Made by a program: the position numbers and the translations under genes. A stretch of DNA of 28,364 bases from Deltaproteobacteria bacterium (GTDB lineage: Bacteria; Desulfobacterota; Desulfobacteria; Desulfobacterales; SG8-13), in NCBI GenBank assembly GCA_030670715.1, contig DAOVBC010000001.1, positions 1 to 28,364 on the forward strand. The letters run 5' to 3'. Positions 17,036-25,388 of this stretch are shown piece by piece; position 1 is the stretch's first letter, and every line of letters begins with the position of its first letter. The notes beneath the pieces are model-generated. The model was given only the letters and a program-made list of their open reading frames with translations. It did not search any database and had not been told where the DNA came from.

Positions 17036-17158
17036 AGGGTCGCTCCTCCTGAACAGAGAAAAAATCAAGGTAGCTTACGCGCATCGAGTGTTACAATTTT
17101 TAGTATATCGAAAAATCTTTTTCAAGACATAGTTTTACGCGGGTTTCTCCCCGGCACA

Positions 17159-17668
17159 TCATATTTTCTGGTCCCTGATTCCAGAGTATACCGCTTTGCA
17201 GATACCGGATACGCCGCCTTTTAAACCGTCCGGATTCTTAAATCCTTCCGTCCCTTTAAGGCTTTCGAGATATGCCTGCGCGTCAATCAGGTTCGGGGAT
17301 CCGTTGTCGGAACCGGGGTTCGGTTTTATTTTGAACAGCCACCCCTGATCGTAAGGAGACTTTAAAACAAGGTCGACGTCTTGTTTGACCTGATCATTAA
17401 AGTGGATAACACCCTTAACAGGAGAATTAAGATACAAAATCTTCCCGGTAATAGCAAATATCACGGCCTGATCTTGATCGACACGCTGTCCTTCCGAAAC
17501 AAGCCAGTCAAGACCATTCAGCCCGCCCATCAGCACCAGGGCCGGTTCGGTCAACCCTGCCAGAAGTTCCCGATCCATCGCTTTTGCCCAAATTCCCTGT
17601 GATGCATCATAGTTACGATCTTCCGGCACTTCCACCTGTTTACCCAGAAACTTAAGAATAGTCGCCAT
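17159..17668 (-). CDS. Glycine cleavage H-protein-like (lipoyl-domain fold) protein with C-terminal extension
   Basis: YDASQGIWA, GLTE, SPVKG and SPYDQGWLFKI match GcvH. AGGAG RBS before ATG 17668. The putative lipoyl-Lys spacing is atypical. Confidence 0.8.
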   Translation of the reverse strand: MATILKFLGKQVEVPEDRNYDASQGIWAKAMDRELLAGLTEPALVLMGGLNGLDWLVSEGQRVDQDQAVIFAITGKILYLNSPVKGVIHFNDQVKQDVDLVLKSPYDQGWLFKIKPNPGSDNGSPNLIDAQAYLESLKGTEGFKNPDGLKGGVSGICKAVYSGIRDQKI

Positions 17669-17712
17669 TTTTCTCCTCGCCATAATATGATTTCCAATGA
17701 AACGCACGATTG

Positions 17713-17741
17713 ACTATACGGCATTAGTGTACGTTTGGCAA
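17713..17741 (-). promoter_or_regulatory. Sigma70-type promoter for the GcvH-like...DUF1638 cluster
   Basis: Minus strand TTGCCA (17741-17736), 17 nt, TATAGT (17718-17713). Confidence 0.65.
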
Positions 17742-17749
17742 AAAAAATT

Positions 17750-17963
17750 GTACGTGTTCACCGGGTACGTTTCCCCGTGTAACGATATTGTCGGAGTGGC
17801 TCTGTCATTTCAATGACTTAGCCGTGGGGGAGACCGCGGCTCCCGTACGTTTTTCGCGGGAGAACGCGAAGGGGGCAGGAATGCCCCCGCTGCTAAGTCA
17901 TTGAAATGACCAGACACGTAGACACCGGAGTGAATCGGGGGAGCGCACCCCGTGAACACGTAC
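17750..17963. mobile_element. 214-bp MITE-like element, copy 2 (inverted relative to copy 1), with 8-bp target duplication
   Basis: GTACGTGTTCAC...GTGAACACGTAC ends. AAAAAATT at both 17742-17749 and 17964-17971. Perfect 18-bp inner inverted repeat at 17805-17822 / 17892-17909. Confidence 0.88.
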
Positions 17964-18153
17964 AAAAAATTAGAGGAGAATCCGTAAAATTGTAACTGGA
18001 TAGTGTCGATTGGCGCATCTTCCGTGGGTGTAACTTTCAATTTAGGAGGATATCCTATCCCTAATTGACCTGCCCCGCTTTTTGAGTTAGAGATAAGAAA
18101 GAATACCGTCAGCAAAAGCCATACAATTCTGTAGCAGAGAACAGGAGGATGCT

Positions 18154-18618
18154 ATGATCACCGTCAGAGATATCATGACCACCGACCTGATCACGGTCAC
18201 ACCGGATATGGATATTGCCAAGGCGGCCAAAACCCTGCTTGATAACCGGATTAACGGCGCGCCGGTAGTGGACGATAGCGGCCGCCTGGTGGGCATCCTC
18301 TGTCAGAGCGATCTTATCGTCCAGCAGAAAAAACTGCCGATTCCCACTCTTTTTACTTTCCTTGACGGCATCATCCAGTTGACGTCCACGAAGCAGATCG
18401 AAAAGCAGGTCCGTAAAATAGCCGCTCTTAAAGTCTCGGAGGCCATGACGCCGAAACCCGTCACCGTCCGGCCGGACACCGGCCTGGAAACCGTAGCGGC
18501 CCTGATGGTGGACAGCAATTTTCACACCCTGCCCGTGGTCGAAGACTCCCGCCTGGTGGGAATTATCGGCAAGGAGGATGTTCTTCGCACCCTTTTAACC
18601 ACCCCCGAAGGCCACTGA
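18154..18618 (+). CDS. CBS-pair domain protein
   Basis: VRDIMT...APVVDDSGRLVGIL and VSEAMT...LPVVEDSRLVGII. AGGAGG RBS. Confidence 0.93.
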   Translation: MITVRDIMTTDLITVTPDMDIAKAAKTLLDNRINGAPVVDDSGRLVGILCQSDLIVQQKKLPIPTLFTFLDGIIQLTSTKQIEKQVRKIAALKVSEAMTPKPVTVRPDTGLETVAALMVDSNFHTLPVVEDSRLVGIIGKEDVLRTLLTTPEGH

Positions 18619-18714
18619 AAAGGGCATTTTACCCATTTGTTCCGCCCCATATTTTTCCACATGAAATTCAACGAAAGCGTCTATTTCATCGGGGTGAGCT
18701 TTGCATTGTGTAAT

Positions 18715-18741
18715 CTTGCGCTTTGCTCTATGCGCTATGCG
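18715..18741. repeat. Lone heptamer tandem arm adjoining the 127-bp element
   Basis: CTTGCG CTTTGCT CTATGCG CTATGCG. No inverted partner found. Confidence 0.45.
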
Positions 18742-18743
18742 TC

Positions 18744-18870
18744 TAGTGTACTGTACCAGGGATAAGTTTAATAAATGGCCGGTCATAAAATTTTCTGGCC
18801 CCGCAGAGCGGGGCCAGAAAATCCCATGACCTAAGGCAATTTTATAAGTTATTTCCGGGACACGACACTA
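18744..18870. mobile_element. 127-bp TA-flanked MITE/REP-like element
   Basis: Imperfect 25-bp terminal inverted repeats (TAGTGTACTGTACC... / ...GGACACGACACTA, 18/25). Central perfect 15-bp stem ATTTTCTGGCCCCGC-AGA-GCGGGGCCAGAAAAT at 18790-18822. Confidence 0.65.
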
Positions 18871-19034
18871 TCTCTGTGTAATCCAAAACTATTTCCTACC
18901 AATTTGCTATAAATTTAACATCCTGAAAACATTTTAATTGCATTTTCCATGCATTTATGAATTATTTGTTATTTTAGCTTTTCGTTTCCACGATATTTCC
19001 TGATCAATTTGATTTTCTCTAAAAGGTTTCAGAC

Positions 19035-20519
19035 ATGCGCTCTGAAAAAGAGATGGAATATTTATTAAAGGCAATCGATGCGTTCCGAAGGCGCATGATT
19101 GTCGTTTCTCCGCAATTTGAAATCCTGGCTGCCAACTGTCACCTCGAAGGGGTCGAGAATTCGGACCTGCTCGGAAAGCTCTGCCACCGGGTGTTTTATG
19201 ACCGCGAGGAACCCTGCGAGAACTGTGCCGTTGAGGAAGTGATCCAGCATGGCCGACCCGCCCTGAGGCCGAAACCGGTCGACGGATCGGACCTGGAGAA
19301 AATGCCCTGTTTTTACGCCTATCCGATCCATGCCGGAGAGGAAGTCGAAGCCTTTGTCAGCATGGATTTTGATCTGCCGACCCGCGGCGGGATCGAAGCA
19401 AAAATGCAGAGTACCAACGTTCTTCTGCGCAACCTGATTCTCAGTGCAATAGATGGTGTTATTGCTGCCGACATGCGTGGGAAAATCCTTATTTTTAATG
19501 TTATGGCGGCCGAAATATTCGGCTACACGGTAGAAGAAGCGCTTAACAGCTTGAATATCAAAGATATCTATCCCGACAATACGGCTCATGATATTATGCA
19601 GAAGCTTCGCAGTGATGACTGCGGCGGCCGGGGCAAGCTCAGGTCTTACAAAGTTGATGTTCTCGGTAAAAATGGCAAACCGATTCCCATTAACCTGAAT
19701 GCAGCCATCGTGTACGAAGGGGAGCGTGAGGTGGCCACCATCGGATTTTTTCACGATATGCGTGAAATCCTGCAGATGAAGGAAAAACTGGAGAAAACCC
19801 GGGTTCAACTGCTGCAGGCAGAAAAGATGGCCTCCCTGGGGAAACTGGCCGCCGGTGTTGCCCATCAGCTGAACAATCCTCTGGGGGGAATCACCCTTTT
19901 CACCAAACTCGTCATGGAAGACTATGATCTGGAAGAAGGCGCCCAGGAAGATCTGAACCGGGTGCTCAGGGATGCAAAGCGCTGTAAGGATACGGTAAAG
20001 GAGCTGCTCGAGTTTACGCGCCAGACCCGCCACTTGATGCAGCCTCACGATATCAACCGGGCCATTACCCGCACCCTTTTTCTGCTGGAGAATCAAACGC
20101 TTTTTCAAAACATTCAGATTGAAAAGAAGCTGGCAGACGATCTGCCCCGGGTTCAAGGCGACATTCAGCAGCTCTATCACATGCTGATGAACATTATTCT
20201 CAACGCCGCCCAGGCAATGGAAGGCAATGGGAAGCTGAAAATTGAAACCGGTCCGGTGCCGGGACTGGACCGGGTGCTGATTACGATATCCGACACGGGT
20301 CCGGGAATTCCCGCAGATATCCTGCCACATATATTTGACCCTTTTTACACCACGAAGGAAGAGGGCAAGGGAACCGGCCTGGGGCTCAGCCTGGTCTACG
20401 GTATCGTCGAAAATCACAACGGATGGATTAAAGCCAAGAATAGAAAAGGACGGGGGGCAGCCTTTATTATCGAACTCCCTATTGCACAGGGCATCGATGG
20501 AGAAAATGAAAGTGGATAA
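19035..20519 (+). CDS. PAS-PAS sensor histidine kinase (NtrB-like HisKA)
   Basis: LLQAEKMASLGKLAAGVAHQLNNPL H-box. NAAQA, DTGPG, FYTTK and GTGLGL boxes. Confidence 0.95.
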   Translation: MRSEKEMEYLLKAIDAFRRRMIVVSPQFEILAANCHLEGVENSDLLGKLCHRVFYDREEPCENCAVEEVIQHGRPALRPKPVDGSDLEKMPCFYAYPIHAGEEVEAFVSMDFDLPTRGGIEAKMQSTNVLLRNLILSAIDGVIAADMRGKILIFNVMAAEIFGYTVEEALNSLNIKDIYPDNTAHDIMQKLRSDDCGGRGKLRSYKVDVLGKNGKPIPINLNAAIVYEGEREVATIGFFHDMREILQMKEKLEKTRVQLLQAEKMASLGKLAAGVAHQLNNPLGGITLFTKLVMEDYDLEEGAQEDLNRVLRDAKRCKDTVKELLEFTRQTRHLMQPHDINRAITRTLFLLENQTLFQNIQIEKKLADDLPRVQGDIQQLYHMLMNIILNAAQAMEGNGKLKIETGPVPGLDRVLITISDTGPGIPADILPHIFDPFYTTKEEGKGTGLGLSLVYGIVENHNGWIKAKNRKGRGAAFIIELPIAQGIDGENESG

Positions 20520-22011
20520 GAACCTCGATCAGATCAACGTAATGGTCGTAGACGACGAACAGGACATCCGGGACGGATCCGAGCGGATACTCGTCCGAAT
20601 CGGTTTTCAAGTGTACAAAGCCGCCCGCGGTGATGAAGCCCTGACGCTTCTGGAAAAGGAAAAACCCGCCATCGTTCTGCTTGACTTGAAAATGCCCGGT
20701 ATGGACGGGATGGAGGTTCTTGAGAGAATCCAGAAATTGGATAAACCACCACTGGTTATCGTCATTACCGGTTATGCCACCGTCGAAACAGCTATAGAAG
20801 CCATGAAACAGGGAGCATACGATTTTATCCCCAAACCTTTTGAGCCGGACCAGCTTCGCATCGTTGTGAATCGTGCCGCGGAAAAAATCCGGCTCACCCG
20901 GGAAACGGAGATCCTGGAGCTGGAAAAAGCAAGAACCCTGCTGGATCTGGATACCGAAAAAAGCCGTATCAGCACCATTATCGAATCCCTCCCCGATGGT
21001 GTGCTGGTGACCAACAATACCGGCCAGGTGGTTCTGATGAATCCGGCCCTCAAGAGCCTTCTCGATCTGGGTCCCGATGTAAAGCCGGGCAAACAGGTCG
21101 AAGAATATGTCACCGATGAATCATTTTGCAGCCTTGTGATGGAAATCTCCCAGGGAAAACACGTGGACTACGAAGACATTCCGGATATTGAATTCGCATT
21201 GCCAAACGAAAAATATCTGCGGGCCAGGGGGCAGCCGGTCCTAGGTGAAAAAAAGGAATGTTTGGGCGCGGTGGTGAATTTCGCGGACATAACGGCAATG
21301 AAGGTTTTAGATCGCCTGAAATCAGAGTTCGTGGCAAAAGTTTCCCACGAGCTTCGATCCCCGCTATCGACCATCCATGAACAGATCGCCCATGTACTCA
21401 ACGACATGGTCGGTGCGTCCTTAAACGATGATCAGAATATCCTCTCGCGGGCCAAGGAAAAGACCCAGGGGCTGATTTCAATGATCGGTGATCTGCTGGA
21501 TCTCTCGCGGATTGAGGAAGGGCTGATATGCCATGAACCGCAACCGGTCCACCTGGATGACCTGCTGCGAAGCATTGTTGAGTTTCTTGGTGCCAGGGCC
21601 GACGCCGGAGATCAATCGTTGCAGCTGGAGATCCTCTCTGATCCGGTCCCGACGATTACCGCCGATCCCCTGGCCCTGGAGAGCATCTTCGGAAACCTGA
21701 TCACAAATGCCATCAACTACACACCGGAAAACGGAAAAATCAGGGTAGAAGTTGATCTGGCCGGCATCAACATTCGTGTGAAGGTGATCGACAACGGGTT
21801 CGGGATTGCCGATAAGCATTTCGATAAGATTTTTGAGAGGTTCTACCGGGTCAAGGACGAAAAGACACGCTATATCACCGGTACGGGACTGGGACTGTCG
21901 ATTGTCAAAGGGCTGGTCGATTCCCTCGGCGGTATTATCCAGGTGGACAGCGCACCGGGGGAAGGAAGTACCTTTACGGTTTTATTGCCGACAACCGGAA
22001 ATACCGGTTGA
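20506..22011 (+). CDS. Hybrid REC-PAS-HisKA-HATPase kinase
   Basis: VMVVDDE...LLDLKMP...FIPKPF receiver, PAS, VSHELRSPL, NAINY, DNGFG and GTGLGL. Probable ATG at 20506 with GGAG RBS, overlapping the upstream stop. Confidence 0.93.
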   Translation: MKVDKNLDQINVMVVDDEQDIRDGSERILVRIGFQVYKAARGDEALTLLEKEKPAIVLLDLKMPGMDGMEVLERIQKLDKPPLVIVITGYATVETAIEAMKQGAYDFIPKPFEPDQLRIVVNRAAEKIRLTRETEILELEKARTLLDLDTEKSRISTIIESLPDGVLVTNNTGQVVLMNPALKSLLDLGPDVKPGKQVEEYVTDESFCSLVMEISQGKHVDYEDIPDIEFALPNEKYLRARGQPVLGEKKECLGAVVNFADITAMKVLDRLKSEFVAKVSHELRSPLSTIHEQIAHVLNDMVGASLNDDQNILSRAKEKTQGLISMIGDLLDLSRIEEGLICHEPQPVHLDDLLRSIVEFLGARADAGDQSLQLEILSDPVPTITADPLALESIFGNLITNAINYTPENGKIRVEVDLAGINIRVKVIDNGFGIADKHFDKIFERFYRVKDEKTRYITGTGLGLSIVKGLVDSLGGIIQVDSAPGEGSTFTVLLPTTGNTG

Positions 22012-22112
22012 TCGCGTAACATCCAGTATAAAAATAAAACTCGGATTATGTCGGGTAAAAAACCGTAAAGGAAAACCCAATAGTCAAACTTCAAATATCA
22101 AACAATTACTTA

Positions 22113-22390
22113 GATGAGGTGTCGGGGAGTTTCTATCGCTAAGTCCCGGTTAGAGCGGAATGGGTTATCCGCACATCAGCGGGCACTGTCTGAATGCTTT
22201 AGGGATCGTTAAGAAAGAACAGCGGGTTGTTAAAATATTTCATTAGCGCCACAGTCGTCGCCAAACTCCCAACCTATTGATTTAATGCCCTATATTCTGT
22301 TCTTTCTTTACGAACCCTTAGGTATGAGTTTGCCCGTTGATGTGCGGATAATTCATGGAGCTCTCAGCTTAAAAAACTCCCCGACCCATC
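22113..22390. repeat. Long imperfect foldback with three paired blocks
   Basis: GTCGGGGAGTTT/AAACTCCCCGAC, TATCCGCACATCAGCGGGCA/TGCCCGTTGATGTGCGGATA (19/20), and the AGGGATCGTTAAGAAAGAACAG/CTGTTCTTTCTTTACGAACCCT block. Confidence 0.75.
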
Positions 22391-22435
22391 GATTAGATAA
22401 CTCCCAAATTTGTCAACCCAATTCAGCGTTTCGAT

Positions 22436-23251
22436 TTAACTCTCTTCCAGTGCATTTAAAAACTCCTCCGGCGGAACCTGGATGCCGGTCCAGAGGGCAA
22501 ACGTTCGCCGGGCCTGAAAGGCCAGTGAAGAAAGGCCATCCATAAACCGGATTTCTCTGGCCCTGGCCATTTCCTCCCAAAAATTCTGGCGGCGGCCGTA
22601 GTTGAGGTCAAGGACCAGCCTGCATCCGGATAAATCAAGCTTTTCCACCAGTGCGGCCATTTGGGGCGACTCATCGACACTGGAAACCGATGTCGCGTTA
22701 ACCACAATCTCCGCTTCCAGCGGATGATCCTCCAGGGCAGAAAAAGAAATAGCTTCTCCCTGAAAACGGCTTACTATTTCAGCTGTTTTCTCTTCATTGC
22801 GGCCGGCAACATAAACCGTACTTGTTCGGAGCCAGTTTAAAATAAATACGGCTGCCTTTGCGACACCACCGGTGCCGAATACAAGCGCTGATTTTCCTTC
22901 CGGGTCGAATCCTGCGTCACTGAGGGCGTCCATGATACCGATGGCGTTGGTGTTATACCCCTTGAGAATATCGCCGTTGCGCACAATCGTATTGATGGCG
23001 CCGATGATGTTGGCGCCCTCTGAAAGCACGTCCAGATGCGGTATGCAGGTCTCCTTGTAAGGCACGGTGACATTGGCGCCGGCGATGTTCAAAATTCTCA
23101 GGCTTTGCATGGCCTGCCCGAGGTTCTCGGGCTTGACCATAAACGGCACGTAACTCCCTTTTATACCCAACCGCTTCAGTACCGCCGTAAATATGGCCGG
23201 CGACTTTGATTGATAGGCCCGTTCATCACTGAGTATGCAATAGACTTTCAT
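22436..23251 (-). CDS. aroE: Shikimate dehydrogenase-family protein (AroE-like, NTD changed to NTN)
   Basis: SKSP, GANVTVPYKE, GAINT, GYNTN, GTGGVAKA, VNATSV, LDLNY and FQARRTFALWTG. Probable start MKVYC at 23251. Confidence 0.85.
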   Translation of the reverse strand: MKVYCILSDERAYQSKSPAIFTAVLKRLGIKGSYVPFMVKPENLGQAMQSLRILNIAGANVTVPYKETCIPHLDVLSEGANIIGAINTIVRNGDILKGYNTNAIGIMDALSDAGFDPEGKSALVFGTGGVAKAAVFILNWLRTSTVYVAGRNEEKTAEIVSRFQGEAISFSALEDHPLEAEIVVNATSVSSVDESPQMAALVEKLDLSGCRLVLDLNYGRRQNFWEEMARAREIRFMDGLSSLAFQARRTFALWTGIQVPPEEFLNALEES

Positions 23252-23319
23252 GGATGAAACGCGGCAGCCAACTGCAATATAAATGGAGATCAAAATGCAG
23301 CATCGCCGCCCGCTGCCCT

Positions 23320-23402
23320 GTTGCGAGTTGCGCGTTTCGGGTTGCGGGTTAAAAAATCGGTTTGCTCATCGCCCGTAACACGCAACCCGCAACCCGAAAC
23401 GC
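23320..23402. repeat. Heptamer tandem/inverted palindrome C
   Basis: GTTGCGA GTTGCGC GTTTCGG GTTGCGG, 24 nt, then CCCGTAA CACGCAA CCCGCAA CCCGAAA. Confidence 0.8.
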
Positions 23403-23456
23403 TCGGTTAACAGAAGAATACTGAAAGGATCCATGGAGATTGAAGAGTAGAAACAT

Positions 23457-24773
23457 TCACGATAACATATTCACTTCCGCCAAATCCGGTCCCAGGTATG
23501 TGCGCTCATTCTCTCCCAGAATCCCCAGAGACAGGCAGATGAGCGTCCACAGGTGAACCGAATGGTATTTCCCGCCGTAATGCTCTTTCATGTCATGGAT
23601 CTGGGCATGGCAGTTGTGGCAGGGCGTAATACAATAATCGGCTCCGGTCTGGTCGATCTGTTCAAATTTGATTCGGCCGTAGTATCTGCGGGCTTCCGGA
23701 AAACCGGACTGCAGGAATCCGCCGCCGCCGCCACAGCAGAAATTGTTGGATCGATTGGGCGTCATATCGATGAAGTTCTCTTCACCCACCACCGCTTTGA
23801 CTACAAAACGCAGATCTTCGGCAATCGGATCACCGAGGGACTTTCTGACCAGCTGACAGGGATCCTGGACAGTGAACGTTACCTTCAGATCTTTGTTCCA
23901 GTCCGAGTTCACCTTGAGTTTGCCCTCCCGGATCCACCGGGCATAATATTCAATAATGCTACGCGGTTCAAAATTATGCTCGATGTTGAATTTATTCAGT
24001 CCGACCCGGACTGAGAAAAATTCGTGACCTCATTCGGTGTTGAGCAGGACTTTACACGCCAGGTCATCCACTGCTTTGGCTTTTATGCGAACATTTTTCT
24101 CCCACATTTCAGTATCGGCGCAGAACAGGCAGTAATTTTCAGCGGCCCATCCCTTGGAACCGTATGTCCAGTCCGCACCGACAAGATCGAGGATCTTCCA
24201 CATCGGGACCATCTCATCGGGTTCGGTTACCGGTTCCCTGGAGTTCTGGTTCAGGAAAAAGTGCGCCCCCTTTTTATCCATCGGCGCCTGAAGGTTTTCA
24301 AATCCCGGTTGCGTATCCCGGACTTCTTCGGCAACATCCTCAACCACAAACCGCCAGTCTTCTTCAGTGGCACCCATGGCACTGCAGGTTTCGTTCTTGA
24401 AAGCCATCTCACACGATCCACGAATACCTTTGGGCTGGTTCTCTTTGGGCCATCGATTGCGCACATTAAAAACCAGCGCCGGGATATCGATTTTCATCGG
24501 GCAGGCATAGATGCAGCGCTGGCACATGGTACACATCCAGGCCCAATTCGAGTTCAGGACCTCATCGTCCAGTCCCAGGACGGCCAGGCGCAGAAATTTC
24601 CTGGGATCCATATTCTCCAGTCCACTTGCCGGGCAGCCGGAAGAGCAAAGCCCGCAGGTCAGACACGCATTCAGATTACCCCCTTCGGGCAGCAGGTCCA
24701 TCACTTGGTCTTTAAACGTTTTTTCCTTACTTCTCTTTATCTCAATTACCTGAGATGCCATTGTTCCCTCCAC
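23457..24773 (-). CDS. HdrC/HdrD (GlpC/COG0247)-like Fe-S/CCG oxidoreductase, selenoprotein (438 aa, Sec at UGA 24032-24030)
   Basis: CLTCGLCSSGCP and CTMCQRCIYACP ferredoxin motifs. NTE-UGA-GH replaces the ECGH motif and is in frame with 23457..23912 (QDPCQL, NFCCGGGG, TPCHNCH). Strong SECIS-like hairpin follows. Confidence 0.9.
23988..24023 (-). promoter_or_regulatory. SECIS-like hairpin of the Fe-S oxidoreductase
   Basis: GAATTT..TCAGTCCG-GGT-CGGACTGA..AAATTC, with the loop starting 23 nt after the UGA. Confidence 0.85.
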
Positions 24774-24783
24774 AGAAAAGAAG

Positions 24784-24868
24784 TGCCTAAAATTTAAAAT
24801 GCCTAAATTGCCTAAAGTTAAAATCGGTTTTTAACCATTTTTTCATTTTAGGCATTTTAGTGCATTTC
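24784..24868. repeat. 9/7-mer tandem/inverted palindrome D
   Basis: TGCCTAAAA TTTAAAA TGCCTAAAT TGCCTAAAG TTAAAAT, spacer, then TTTTAGGCA TTTTAGTGCA. Confidence 0.65.
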
Positions 24869-24941
24869 TACTAAACAAATTCATTAAGTAAATTCAGCGC
24901 CGACAGGGGTATATTACTCTAATTTACCGGGAACGGTCCCC

Positions 24942-25334
24942 CTATTCTACATTCAACAGCCGCTTGATGCTCTGGGTGATTTCTTCGGCCGACGCCGGTT
25001 TGGCAATGTAATCGTCGGCTTCGGTGGCCATACCGTCGGCATGGGTATAGCGGGTGGACGTCACGTGGGAGGCAACCGCCGTCAGCAGAATGATCGGTAT
25101 GCTGCAATACTTATCATCCTCTTTCAGCTCCTTGCAGACCGCGTACCCGTCCTTTTCGGGCATCATCACATCCAGCACGATGGCATCCGGCGGGTTTGCC
25201 TGAACCTTTTCCATGCCTTCCACACCGTTGTAAGCAATATCGACTTCAAAGCCTTCCTTTTCCAGGTTCCCCTGAACGATGGCAGCGAAATCGGGCTCAT
25301 CGTCAACGACAAGGATTCGTTTTTGTGTACTCAT
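24942..25334 (-). CDS. Single-domain response regulator (REC only)
   Basis: RILVVDDE, VLDVMMP, LLTA and YIAKP. GGAGGAGG RBS before ATG 25334. Confidence 0.93.
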   Translation of the reverse strand: MSTQKRILVVDDEPDFAAIVQGNLEKEGFEVDIAYNGVEGMEKVQANPPDAIVLDVMMPEKDGYAVCKELKEDDKYCSIPIILLTAVASHVTSTRYTHADGMATEADDYIAKPASAEEITQSIKRLLNVE

Positions 25335-25388
25335 GACATACCTCCTCCATTTGATAACTCTGGTTTTAAATATTCTCTTCACACCTGA

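Noticed and set aside
19065-20417. 450-aa antisense ORF
   Set aside because: Shadow of the kinase on the opposite strand, with no motifs or RBS.
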